From contig JAHIZV010000113.1 in NCBI GenBank assembly GCA_018814445.1, positions 12,679 to 76,678 on the forward strand: a stretch of DNA of 64,000 bases. The letters are read 5' to 3'. Source of the DNA: Verrucomicrobiota bacterium (GTDB taxonomy: Bacteria > Verrucomicrobiota > Kiritimatiellia > JAHIZV01). Below are positions 27,899-37,852 of the stretch, piece after piece (position 1 is the stretch's first letter; each line of letters begins with the position of its first letter). Both the position numbers and the translations under genes were made by a program. The notes under the pieces are model-generated. The model ran no database searches, had not been told where the DNA came from, and saw only the letters and a list, made by a program, of their open reading frames with translations.

Positions 27899-29023
27899 AT
27901 GGACAAAACGGATTTCTTTGCGTACCTGAAAAAGGCTGAGGATCGCGTGCTCGGCTACATCCGCCAAAGCGACGTTGCACGCTTCTTCCATCCACCCATT
28001 ATTGAGCAAGCCGTATGGGCATACCCTGAAAGGTCCGCCAAACGCCTGCGCCCGGCTGTACTATTGATGTCCGCTGGATGCATGGGCGACACCGCCAAGG
28101 AGGATCAAGCGGTTCCCGCAGCGGCGGGCGTCGAGCTTTTCCATACATGGACCCTGGTCCACGATGACATCATTGATAACGACACAATGCGCCGCTTCGA
28201 ACCCACTGCCCATGTGCAGGCAACCGACACGGCCTTGCGTACACTACCCCTATCGCGAGAACTTGCGACAGAGTTTGGCCGAGACGTGGCAATGCTCGCC
28301 GGCGATATGCAGCACGGCTGGTCGATTACAGCATTCTCAGACTGTGCTCTCCAGTCGGATACAGATCCTACGCTTCTCCTTCAAATCATCCGATGTCTTC
28401 AGTCCTACGTTTTGGGCGAGTTGATCTCCGGCGAGACCCTTGATGTACAGTATGGTATGACTCATGCTGTGGAAGCCTTGGATCTGTCCGAGGACGAAAT
28501 AGAACACATGCTTTGGCTCAAGACAGGTGTACTCTACGAGTTCGCGGGGTGGGCCGGTGCTCTCATCGGAGCAGGTCAGTATGTCCCCATTGATACAAAG
28601 AAGCCATCTTCCCCGACGGAGGAAGCTATCCTTGCGATCCGCTCCTTCACGAGCAATTGCGGCACCGCATTCCAACTCCAAGATGACATCCTTGGAATCG
28701 TGGGTGTTGAAGAGGATCTTGGTAAACCCGTTGGTTCTGACATTCGAGAAGGTAAGCAAACGGTCATCGTACATGAGGCGTTGAAGAACGCTGAGCCTGC
28801 CCAGAAAGAGAAAATTTTGTCTGTATTAGGCAACAAGGCGGCGACTCCTGAGGACATCTCGCAGGTCTCCAATCTTTTCCGCGAACATGGTGTTGAACGC
28901 GCAAAGGAACGCGCTCGCGGTTATATCGAAAAAGCACGGCAACACTTGCCCCATATTCCCGACGGACACCACAAGGAATTGCTTCGTTTCTGGGCTGACT
29001 TCATGATCAACCGCGAGTTTTGA
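27899..29023 (+). CDS. Short-chain polyprenyl diphosphate synthase (type I GGPPS/IdsA-like)
   Basis: KRLRP, FARM HDDIID, LKTG, SARM FQLQDD, GKPVGSDIREGK. Confidence 0.9.
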   Translation: MDKTDFFAYLKKAEDRVLGYIRQSDVARFFHPPIIEQAVWAYPERSAKRLRPAVLLMSAGCMGDTAKEDQAVPAAAGVELFHTWTLVHDDIIDNDTMRRFEPTAHVQATDTALRTLPLSRELATEFGRDVAMLAGDMQHGWSITAFSDCALQSDTDPTLLLQIIRCLQSYVLGELISGETLDVQYGMTHAVEALDLSEDEIEHMLWLKTGVLYEFAGWAGALIGAGQYVPIDTKKPSSPTEEAILAIRSFTSNCGTAFQLQDDILGIVGVEEDLGKPVGSDIREGKQTVIVHEALKNAEPAQKEKILSVLGNKAATPEDISQVSNLFREHGVERAKERARGYIEKARQHLPHIPDGHHKELLRFWADFMINREF

Positions 29024-29057
29024 GAGAGCCCATCGAACTGTCCTTTGAAAGGAACAC

Positions 29058-30089
29058 ATGAACGTAAATAAACACCATGTCACGGTCTTCATAAGCTCGG
29101 CAATGCGAGAGCTTGAGGCCGAGCGGGAAATCGCGCAAGAGGCCCTAGCTCATGCAAAGATGGATCCTGTCGCTTATGAGCTATTTCCCTCAATCAGCCA
29201 ATCGCCCATGGAAGCCTGCATCGACAAGGTCAAGAAGTGCGACATCTTCGTGCTGATCTTGTGGAAATCACTCCGCCCGGCGGTGGAAGAAGAACTTGCC
29301 GCGGCCATCAAGAATAACAAACCAATTCTCCTTTTTGTCAAGACGTTGCTTGACGGTGAGTCTCGCGCATCCAATACCTCTGAGTTCCTTACCCAAGTTC
29401 AACAATCGAACGAGAAGCAAAGTGCTTTCTCTGTTTCTTATCGTCCTTTCAGAGGACTTGCGGAATTGCGTCAGATCCTGTGTGACAGTATTGCGGAAGA
29501 AACCGCCAAACTATACCGAATGCCCGATTACACCCTCGCAAAGCATGAGTTGTATGATCTAGGCACAGAGATTATCGCACACGCTCGAAAACGTTTATTC
29601 ATCTTCCAGAGAACCCCCTCACTATTGCTCGGGCCTAGGCCCTACTTAGACGAAAGCAAATCACGTAAATACGAACGTGACTTCTATTCCTCTCTCAAAG
29701 AGTGGATTCAGACGAGGCATGAGAATCCCGATTGTGAATTCTTCTGCCTATTCTCGATGAGCGCCACGCAGACTGAACTGCAGAAATACGGCTTGCTCGA
29801 TCATGCCGACTATCTTGCGCGATTGCGTGTTACGATTGACGAGTATGACCATATCGAAGAAAGCTCAGGTGGTCGCTTCATGGTAAGAATGACAGATGAT
29901 CCTGTTTCTGGCCCCCACATCGTGGGAGATGACCGTTTTGCCGTATGGCTCTTTGGTGGCGATGACGCCGTCGCCGTGGGCGTCAGGAACGAGAAACTGT
30001 GTGATGCTGTGACCCGCATGCTGCGAACTCGCTGCCGTCTTTTGACAGCCAGAGCCATATGCGAAGAAGGTTCCACCTCGGTCAAATAG
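29058..30089 (+). CDS. DUF4062 (TIR/nucleoside-deoxyribosyltransferase-like) domain protein with uncharacterised C-terminal domain
   Basis: VFISS..REL..ER, CD.FVLIL, EEL..A...KPILLF.K N-terminal motifs; RBS GAAAGGA. Confidence 0.75.
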   Translation: MNVNKHHVTVFISSAMRELEAEREIAQEALAHAKMDPVAYELFPSISQSPMEACIDKVKKCDIFVLILWKSLRPAVEEELAAAIKNNKPILLFVKTLLDGESRASNTSEFLTQVQQSNEKQSAFSVSYRPFRGLAELRQILCDSIAEETAKLYRMPDYTLAKHELYDLGTEIIAHARKRLFIFQRTPSLLLGPRPYLDESKSRKYERDFYSSLKEWIQTRHENPDCEFFCLFSMSATQTELQKYGLLDHADYLARLRVTIDEYDHIEESSGGRFMVRMTDDPVSGPHIVGDDRFAVWLFGGDDAVAVGVRNEKLCDAVTRMLRTRCRLLTARAICEEGSTSVK

Positions 30090-30113
30090 CCCGCACGACG
30101 CACCAACATGCAG

Positions 30114-31487
30114 CTAGTCCGTCGGCTCGGGAAGCTTCCTGTAGAGAGTCGCGAGACTGACTTTCAGAAGCTGTGCGGCTTTGTCTTTGTCGCCATGCAG
30201 ATGCTCAAGCACCCGGGCGAGGTACTCTTTCTCCTCATTGCGGAGATATCCTTTCAGCGACTGTATCTTGAATTCGCCGGGCGCGCCGCCGGGATCTGCC
30301 ATGCCATGCCCCATCTCCACCGCCTGAACAATCTTTGCCGGCAGCACATCAAGTGTAATCCTGTTCTCCCTGGCAAAAGTGCATGCGTGCCGGAGCGCGT
30401 TCTCAAGCTCGCGGACATTGCCCGGCCACGAATAGCGCTCAAGCACGAGCTGGACTTCGGGATCGAGTTCGGGAAGCTGCTTGGAAGTGCCGTACTCCCT
30501 TCGAAGGATGTGGTACGCCATCGGAAGGATGTCATCCTTCCTCTCGCGCAGCGGCGCTATCTCTATCGGAATGACGCTGAGACGGTAGTACAGATCTTCA
30601 CGGAAAGTTCCCTTTTCGATCAAAGATTCCAGCCGCTCGTTCGATGCCGCAAGAAGTCGCACATCCACCTTCACGGTCTTGGTTCCTCCGACCGCCCGGA
30701 TTTCTTTCTCCTGCAAGGCCCTGAGAAGCTTTCCCTGAATACCCAGCGGCATCGAACCGATCTCATCAAGAAACAACGTACCCCCGCTGGCGACCTCAAA
30801 CAGACCTTCTTTGTCACCGGCGGCCCCGGTAAACGCGCCCTTCACATGACCAAAGAGCTCCGATTCCAGCAGGTGCTCCGGCAAAGCCGCACAGTTGATC
30901 GGCACGAACGCCTTGGCTTTGCGGTTGCTGTAGGCATGGATTGCTTTTGCGACAAGTTCCTTGCCCGTTCCGCTGTCGCCGCGAATGAGGACCGTCGTAT
31001 CCGAAGGCGCGACTTTCTCGATCATCTCGCACACGGCTCTCATCGACGCACTTTCCGCCACTATGTTCTCAAAACGTGAGCGGCCCGCGAGCTCGGCCTT
31101 AAGTTGAACGTTCTCGGCAACGATACTGTTGTACTCGACGGCGCGCTGAACCGTGAGCAGGAGTTCATCGACCTTAAACGGTTTTGTGACGTAGTCGAAA
31201 GCGCCCTGCTTCATCGCATCGACGGCCATCTGAACTGAACCGTATGCCGTCATCATGATGACGCCCATTTGCGGATACGCCTGGCGTACATACTTGAGGA
31301 GTTCCATCCCGTCCACAGGACTCATGCGCACATCGGAAATCAGAAGGTCGAAGGTTTCCTTCTTGAGGATATCCTGAGCTTTGTCTCCGCCCGGCGCGGG
31401 AGTGACGTCATAGCCTTCCCCACGAAGCAGCTTCGTGAGAACGCTCAAGACCCCCGGTTCATCTTCAACCACAAGTATGCGTGCCAT
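30114..31487 (-). CDS. Sigma-54-dependent response regulator (NtrC/AtoC/ZraR family)
   Basis: REC (ILVVEDE, DVRM, MTAYG, KPF), GDSGTGKE, GAFTGA, LFLDEIG, WPGNVRELEN, C-terminal HTH; ATG 31487 with GAGAGG RBS. Confidence 0.95.
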   Translation of the reverse strand: MARILVVEDEPGVLSVLTKLLRGEGYDVTPAPGGDKAQDILKKETFDLLISDVRMSPVDGMELLKYVRQAYPQMGVIMMTAYGSVQMAVDAMKQGAFDYVTKPFKVDELLLTVQRAVEYNSIVAENVQLKAELAGRSRFENIVAESASMRAVCEMIEKVAPSDTTVLIRGDSGTGKELVAKAIHAYSNRKAKAFVPINCAALPEHLLESELFGHVKGAFTGAAGDKEGLFEVASGGTLFLDEIGSMPLGIQGKLLRALQEKEIRAVGGTKTVKVDVRLLAASNERLESLIEKGTFREDLYYRLSVIPIEIAPLRERKDDILPMAYHILRREYGTSKQLPELDPEVQLVLERYSWPGNVRELENALRHACTFARENRITLDVLPAKIVQAVEMGHGMADPGGAPGEFKIQSLKGYLRNEEKEYLARVLEHLHGDKDKAAQLLKVSLATLYRKLPEPTD

Positions 31488-31588
31488 TACTGACCTCTCA
31501 TAAACCAATTAGAGTATTCGCAAAACTGAGATAAATTAAGACAATTTTCTCATTCTTTCAAATAGGTGTAGAACTGAATGGCGAGACG

Positions 31589-32332
31589 CTATCGCACAAG
31601 TTGCCTGAGGCGCGCGATTTCCTGATGGGCGGCGGCCGCCCAAGTGCTGTTCCTGTCACGCTTTACATATTCCTGATAGGCCCACAGCGCCTGAGGATTC
31701 ATACCCATCCGCGCAAATGCGAAACCCATACCGTAGTACGCGCCCACTGCGTTCGCTGACGTGTTGATGGAGGCTATGAAACAGTTCGCGGCTTCTCGGT
31801 CACCGGTAATCATCACCCTGTCCTCGGCCATCGTCAGCAGACGATTTCCCCACGGATACCGGGCACTGCCTTTCGCTTTGCTCAGCGCATCGTTGATCTT
31901 CTGCAGTTCAAGGTTTGCGTTGTTGAGCCCGACCCCCTGCAGTTGAGCGGCTGTTTCCGTCAACACGCTCTGCACGAGCGGAAATGACTGCTGCATCACG
32001 TTCTTCGCTTCGATCTTCTCGTCGACCTTCTTCGCGAGGATCGTGCCCATCGTTTCCTTCGCCGATTCCGCCGTCTTCATCTTCTGCAGTTCGCGTGCCT
32101 GTTTCGCAATCCTGGGAACAAGGTCGCCGGCCTCGGCCATTGCCCGCTCATGCTCGCCGTCCGGACGGATGTCCATGATCCCGCTTTCCTGCTTCCACTC
32201 GATCACCCGAAGACGAGCCGCCGCCAGCTCAGCAAGAGCCGCATCCGCATCATCCTCAGGCTCCCCGCGCACACAGCGGAGCTGGGAAAAACCGGAAAGA
32301 ACGGCAACAAGCATCGCGGAGAGAATCGACAA
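31589..32332 (-). CDS. Hypothetical exported helical protein with C-terminal TPR
   Basis: Hydrophobic N-terminus, helical/coiled body, TPR-like AYYGMGFAFARMG...QALWAYQEYV..D. Confidence 0.6.
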   Translation of the reverse strand: MSILSAMLVAVLSGFSQLRCVRGEPEDDADAALAELAAARLRVIEWKQESGIMDIRPDGEHERAMAEAGDLVPRIAKQARELQKMKTAESAKETMGTILAKKVDEKIEAKNVMQQSFPLVQSVLTETAAQLQGVGLNNANLELQKINDALSKAKGSARYPWGNRLLTMAEDRVMITGDREAANCFIASINTSANAVGAYYGMGFAFARMGMNPQALWAYQEYVKRDRNSTWAAAAHQEIARLRQLVR

Positions 32333-32450
32333 AGATCAGGATAAGGAATGGGGCGAAGAAAAATCAGAATGACCGACACACATCGCGGCGTATTCCCCAA
32401 TTTAGTGATTATGTGCCCTTTCTTCGTCAGTCAATGTCCCTCCCTCGATA

Positions 32451-32906
32451 TCAGTCGGCAGAGAGGTGTTCGAGGTCATCTAGATCCTTATGGCGACCCG
32501 AGGCGCGTTTGTTCTTGCGCAGGTGCTCAATCGAGATGAGGGGGACGTGTTGTCCGTCGATTTCCGCGGTAATGCGATCCGCATAGCATTCATCAAATCG
32601 AACACCGTCTATCTCGGTCAGCACCTCGATCCGCATGGGAGGGACACCCATGCGGATAATCTTTCCGGGCTTCAAGAAAAGATCGGGTGAGAGACCGGGG
32701 TCGCTGAGTCCGAACCGAGAGAAAACATCGACCAACCTTGAGGCATTCTCCTGTGAGATCGCCACCCAGATATCAATGTCCGCAGTCGCTCGTGGATATC
32801 CATGGTATCCTACAGCGTAACCGCCGATCAGAAGGTACTGGACTTCAGACTCGTTCAGTAACTTCAAGAACTCTCTGAAGTCTGCTGGTAGTACTTGCTC
32901 TGCCAT
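32451..32906 (-). CDS. Minimal nucleotidyltransferase (DUF6036/AbiEii-MenT-like), putative toxin
   Basis: LP.DFREFLKLLN...V.YLLIGGYAV..HG.PRAT.DID, NK.ASGR.KD..DL; start ATG 32906. Confidence 0.82.
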   Translation of the reverse strand: MAEQVLPADFREFLKLLNESEVQYLLIGGYAVGYHGYPRATADIDIWVAISQENASRLVDVFSRFGLSDPGLSPDLFLKPGKIIRMGVPPMRIEVLTEIDGVRFDECYADRITAEIDGQHVPLISIEHLRKNKRASGRHKDLDDLEHLSAD

Positions 32907-33033
32907 AGGCTGCCTGTCGGTCAATCTGGATGGCGCGTAGTCGCTCGACAGGAGTGCGGGAGCGCCAGAATTCTCTATCCGATGATCTGTCGTGAAGATC
33001 CACGACAGATAGTGTTGTACGGTCAACTTTCAT
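32845..33033 (-). CDS. Small 62-aa partner protein of the nucleotidyltransferase (putative antitoxin)
   Basis: D..FW.SRTP.ERL.A...RQ..YG.....RLQRVLEV pattern that I recall upstream of this NTase family; overlaps the NTase by 62 nt. Confidence 0.7.
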   Translation of the reverse strand: MKVDRTTLSVVDLHDRSSDREFWRSRTPVERLRAIQIDRQAAYGRASTTSRLQRVLEVTERV

Positions 33034-33042
33034 TGTGGTTCA

Positions 33043-33071
33043 AGGTTATCAAAACCTCTCCGCCGGAACAA
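33043..33071 (-). promoter_or_regulatory. Putative sigma70 promoter (TTGTTC-17-TAACCT) 9 nt upstream of the small-protein ATG
   Basis: Read directly on the minus strand; no Shine-Dalgarno before the ATG. Confidence 0.4.
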
Positions 33072-33266
33072 GCGCGGCGCTTATGTCTTTCTTCTCTTCC
33101 GCCAGCCACATGGTCTGGTCTGCGTTTCCATTCGTGACTTACCAAAGGTCTGTCGCAGGACAATTCACCCGTCCTTTGGTCCTTCTGCGCCTCTCGAGCT
33201 TCTTCGTGGCGAGCTGCATATTGGCGCCAGAGCACCGCCGGTACACATGACTCCCCACAGCCCGTT

Positions 33267-33302
33267 CTGGATTGCCCCGTCGTTTCACTCCTGGCAATGA
33301 CG
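33267..33302. repeat. REP/RPE-like palindromic element (GTCATTGC...GCAATCCAG family), half copy
   Basis: CTGGATTGCCCCGTCGTTTCACTCCTGGCAATGAC; the reverse strand translates VIARSETTGQS, like the widespread 'VIARSEATKQS' palindromic elements. Confidence 0.6.
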
Positions 33303-33398
33303 GCGCCTTACTGGATCTCGCGCGGACCCATGAATGCGCTGTGCTGATGCAAGCGCGGCGCAGAAGACGCCAATAGGAGTCCAGTCCCGTCTCTCGAC

Positions 33399-33794
33399 CT
33401 AGGCAATGCGAATGATGCCGGGCACTGCATCGAAGCCCCGATCAAACGTCATGATCTCGCCCGCTCCATGGCGCTGCATGATGGCGACATGCAGTGCGTC
33501 CCGGGAAGATAACTTGCGCGAGCCGAGAAGGATGTCTTTCGCTTTCTGAACATCTCGTGGCTCAACCGGGAAGACTTCATCAACGACCCCGAGAAGAGCA
33601 TCGAACGCCGGCTGTATTGCATCGAGACGGTCAATCGCCCGATAGCGACGGAGTATCTCTTGAAGTACCTCAGCATTAGTCACAAGACGTTTGCGCTCCG
33701 AAATAGCCCTCTCAAGAAGCTGTTGTGCATCCACTTTGTGAGGGTGAGAGGCGCCAACCAGGTACATGGGAATGTTTGAGTCGATGAGAATCAT
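33399..33794 (-). CDS. vapC: VapC PIN-domain toxin
   Basis: [30 protein letters not shown]. Confidence 0.92.
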   Translation of the reverse strand: MILIDSNIPMYLVGASHPHKVDAQQLLERAISERKRLVTNAEVLQEILRRYRAIDRLDAIQPAFDALLGVVDEVFPVEPRDVQKAKDILLGSRKLSSRDALHVAIMQRHGAGEIMTFDRGFDAVPGIIRIA

Positions 33795-34048
33795 GAATCA
33801 AGGCCATCCTGTTGACCTCGCGCTATATCCCCGAGCATCTGATCGATGTCGCCGGCAGGATAGGCGTTGCTTGCTGCTTCCCGCACGACCTGGATCTTCT
33901 TTGCCGAATCATACATCGGCTGTTCGCGCAGGGCCTCTCTGAGAGCCTGGCGCACCCATGCCGCAACCGTCAAACGGTGAGCTTTGGCCACACGGCGCAC
34001 ACGAGCCATCTCAGCGTCTTCCAGAATAACCTGCAATCTTTTGCTCAT
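33791..34048 (-). CDS. vapB: VapB/CopG-type ribbon-helix-helix antitoxin
   Basis: [12 protein letters not shown]...V...A....TV..WVR.AL; ATGA overlap with vapC. Confidence 0.85.
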   Translation of the reverse strand: MSKRLQVILEDAEMARVRRVAKAHRLTVAAWVRQALREALREQPMYDSAKKIQVVREAASNAYPAGDIDQMLGDIARGQQDGLDS

Positions 34049-34054
34049 ATATAT

Positions 34055-34070
34055 ACTCATAGGCATGAGT
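34055..34070. promoter_or_regulatory. Palindromic operator candidate ACTCAT-N4-ATGAGT upstream of vapB
   Basis: Perfect 6-bp arms, 6 nt upstream of the start codon; RHH antitoxins autoregulate through such sites. Confidence 0.5.
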
Positions 34071-34140
34071 CAACCGCGAACCCGCAGCTTGTCAGGAGAA
34101 GAATGGGTCTCGTGTGCAGATATCATGACCAAAGACGATA

Positions 34141-34210
34141 CGTCATCGCCAGCGCGATAGCGCGAAGCGATCCAGATCATGCACTGCGGACGACCTCACC
34201 CGCAATGACA
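34141..34210. repeat. REP/RPE-like palindromic element, full hairpin; overlaps the lpxB stop
   Basis: CGTCATCGCCAGCGCG...GAAGCGATCCAG...CGCAATGAC; related to the reverse complement of the 33267 element. Confidence 0.55.
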
Positions 34211-35335
34211 GCGTCCCTGCCGGATCTCGCTGAGAATCACCGCCGCGGCGTTTGCGGCGGCGCCACCCTCGCCCAGCGCTTCGGCGACGCTCTCAAGTTC
34301 CTTGAGCATTGTGCCGCGCCGGGGTGTATCGGTGAGGAGAGGACTGATTTCTCGGGATATGCTCTGCGCGGTGGCATCGCCCTGGATGAATTCCGGGCAG
34401 ATCTCGGAGCCCGCGACAATGTTGACCATGCCTATGTGGGGTACCTGTACCAACTTCCTGCCCATCCAGTAGGTGAAGGCGGCGGTCTTGTAGACCACAA
34501 CCATGGGACAGCACATCAGTGCAGTCTCGATCGTTGCCGTGCCCGACGCGACCATCGCGGCGTCGGCCTGTCTGAGAACTTCGCGGGTCTGATCTACGAC
34601 GACCTCGATGTCTGAGGACGGCGCAGTCTCCCGGATCCAGCCTGCGACGCGTTCCGATGGCGCAGCCACGATGAATGAGATGTTCGCGTGTTCCTTTTTC
34701 AACGACGACGCGGCTTCGCACATGACGGGCAATAGCCGCTCGACCTCCTGACGTCGGCTCCCGGGAAGCAGTGCGCACCTTGGACTTCCCCGCCACGGCA
34801 ACGACTTCTCCGGGCTGGCCAGCACGGCGTTAGCTTTGTCGACCAACGGATGCCCGACGAAATCGACCTTCAGATCAACGTCTCTAAACACATCGACCTC
34901 AAACGGGAAGATGACCATCAGCCGGTCGATGATTTCTGCCATCTTTCCTATGCGCGAACGATGCCATGCCCAGACCTGTGGACAGACGTAGTAGAGCACC
35001 TTCACGCCACGCTTATGTGCCTGTTTTGCAAGGCGCAGATTGAACCCTGGATAGTCGACCAGCAACACGGCGTCAGGCTTGCGCTCTTCGAGCAAGGCAA
35101 CCATCTGTTTGAAAACGCGCCTGAAGAATCCGTAGCGACGAAGGACTTCCGACAAACCGAGCACCGCCATCTCTTTGACGTCGTGGATGATCTCGACGCC
35201 CGCAGCGGCCATTTCGTCCCCGCCGATCCCCCAGAACAGGATATCGGAATCCGTCTTCTGCATTTCGCGAACAACCGCGGCGAGATGCATGTCGCCGGAT
35301 ATCTCGCCGGCGACGACCATGACGGATCGGCTCAT
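34196..35335 (-). CDS. lpxB: Lipid-A-disaccharide synthase
   Basis: AGEISGD, VDYPGFN, PQVWAW..SR, IFPFE, VGHPL, LLPGSR..E, SGTATIE. Confidence 0.96.
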   Translation of the reverse strand: MSRSVMVVAGEISGDMHLAAVVREMQKTDSDILFWGIGGDEMAAAGVEIIHDVKEMAVLGLSEVLRRYGFFRRVFKQMVALLEERKPDAVLLVDYPGFNLRLAKQAHKRGVKVLYYVCPQVWAWHRSRIGKMAEIIDRLMVIFPFEVDVFRDVDLKVDFVGHPLVDKANAVLASPEKSLPWRGSPRCALLPGSRRQEVERLLPVMCEAASSLKKEHANISFIVAAPSERVAGWIRETAPSSDIEVVVDQTREVLRQADAAMVASGTATIETALMCCPMVVVYKTAAFTYWMGRKLVQVPHIGMVNIVAGSEICPEFIQGDATAQSISREISPLLTDTPRRGTMLKELESVAEALGEGGAAANAAAVILSEIRQGRCHCG

Positions 35336-36278
35336 GAAGGAGAGTCCTGAATCTTTTCGATGATGCTGACAGCCAGCTTGAGCGCCTCGGCCGCGTGCTC
35401 ACCACTCACAACGGGGTTATCCCGACGGGCTACGCATTCGACGAACGCTCCAAGTTCCTTCTCGAGCGCGTCGCCTTTCTCAATCGGCACGTCTTCCTTG
35501 GCGATGCCACTCGTCGTCATCTTGTAGGCCTCACCGGACTGTTCCTGGTAGTCCAGCGATATGTAGGCATCGCCAAGAAACACCCGGATCTTTCGCATCC
35601 GCTCGGGACTGATGCGGCTGGCAGTAACATTCGCCACGCATCCGTTCTCAAACGACAGACGGACGTTCGCGATATCCTCTGTAGGACTCAACACGGGCAC
35701 GCCCACCGCGTTGACGGCGATGATCGGAGAACGAACTAGATGAAGGATCAGTTCGAGATCATGAATCATTAAATCCAGCACAACGGAGACTTCGGTGCCC
35801 CTCGGGTGCAGCCCGTCACGAGGCGGAGGATACGGAGCGAGACGATGAGCCTCGATAAACCGGGGATTCTCAGCAGCCTTCTCAAGGTAAGCCATAACAG
35901 GGTTGAATCGCTCAATGTGCCCGACCTGGAGAATGACCCCGTTCCTCTCAGCAAGAGCCACAAGTTCAGTAGCCTCCGCCGTCGTGGCTGCGATCGGTTT
36001 TTCAATGAGAAGATGCTGACCCTTCTCGAGAAGTACGCCGCCGATCTCGCGATGCAGATCGGTGGGCACAACCACACTGAGCGCCTCCGTCTTTTCTGTC
36101 AGCTCGTCAATCGATCCAAAGGCCTCAGCGCCATACTTGTCCGCGATCTCTTTGGCGCGAGCAGGATCCACATCGTATATCCCGACAAACTCCGCATTCG
36201 GCAGCTCCGAATAGACGCGCGCATGATACTGCCCAAGACTGCCGACTCCCACCACTCCGACTCTTACTATGCGCTCGT

Positions 36279-36282
<4 letters not shown>
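35332..36282 (-). CDS. Gfo/Idh/MocA oxidoreductase, GnnA-like (putative UDP-GlcNAc 3-dehydrogenase)
   Basis: GVGSLG..H, EKPIA, QVGHIERFNP, DVSVVLDLMIHD, TASR.S; ATGA coupling to lpxI; sits between lpxI and lpxB. Confidence 0.85.
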
Positions 36283-37145
<863 letters not shown>

Positions 37146-37219
37146 TCGGGCGCATCTTGCCAGAGGTGAGGACGGTAGACAAGCGCGGGAGAATGGAAGA
37201 GCCTCCCAGCACCGCCCCT

Positions 37220-37316
37220 GTTTGGGAGTTTGGGTGTATGGAAGTTTGGGAGCGGGCGGAGGGTCTGTTACTGAATATTCATTGCGCCGCGTGATGAATA
37301 TTCACGTGACTGACCC
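37220..37316. repeat. Octamer tandem repeat (GTTTGGGA-like x4) followed by an imperfect inverted repeat with two TGAATATTCA cores
   Basis: GTTTGGGA GTTTGGGT GTATGGAA GTTTGGGA (37220-37251); arms GGGTCTGTTACTGAATATTCAT / ATGAATATTCACGTGACTGACCC (37261-37316). Confidence 0.6.
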
Positions 37317-37789
37317 TGCGGGAGGAGGGGCTTCAGATGGATCATGCTAGAGAAGCTGCAATTGATCGTCCTTCTTGGGCCAGAAGACGCCCAAAATCAT
37401 AAAGTCATGTGGATGAGCCAGGATATTCCCAGCAAAGAAGTAAACATCGCGATTTGGCGCGTTGTTTCTCCGTCCAATCCTTATCCTTTTCAGGTTCTTG
37501 GACTATGTCCAGCACCTCGGCGGGCTGAAAGAAACCCATCGAGACGCCATCGCTCTGCTGACGTCTCTGGAGTTCGCACATTGAGGGACAGACAAGGTTA
37601 TGTACCCACCTCTTACGGGCTGCCCAGAATGGCACTGACTTAAGGCCACGACATGCCTTACGGCATTGACTACAAACAATGCGAACTTCATCACGACCAT
37701 ATCTGACACCGTCGCGCAAAGAGAGGATCACCTGACTCGTGGAGACCATAGTTCGTGACGATGAGTTCGTTTCTACAGAGGATTTCACT

Positions 37790-37841
37790 CTGCTTCAAAC
37801 TTCGATTTCTCACTTTCATCATTCACCATTCATACTTCATA
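37790..37841. repeat. Degenerate heptamer run (NNNNTTC) upstream of a membrane protein gene
   Basis: TTC recurs at period 7 (ATCATTC ACCATTC ATACTTC). Confidence 0.45.
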
Positions 37842-37852
37842 GTCTCTTTTCC

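Noticed and set aside
31488-31588. Sigma-54 promoter or operator near the response regulator
   Set aside because: No TGGCAC-N5-TTGC; only a weak imperfect IR (TGAGATAAATT/AATTTTCTCA)
32907-33026. ORF-track extension of the nucleotidyltransferase
   Set aside because: These bases encode the small partner protein in another frame; the NTase family starts at M....LP.DF
33023-33250. Short ORFs (70-71 aa) between the NTase pair and vapC
   Set aside because: No motifs; the region is better explained as promoter plus repeat elements
37344-37788. ORFs of 99, 127 and 68 aa
   Set aside because: Mutually overlapping, atypical composition, no family motifs; kept only as an unexplained segment
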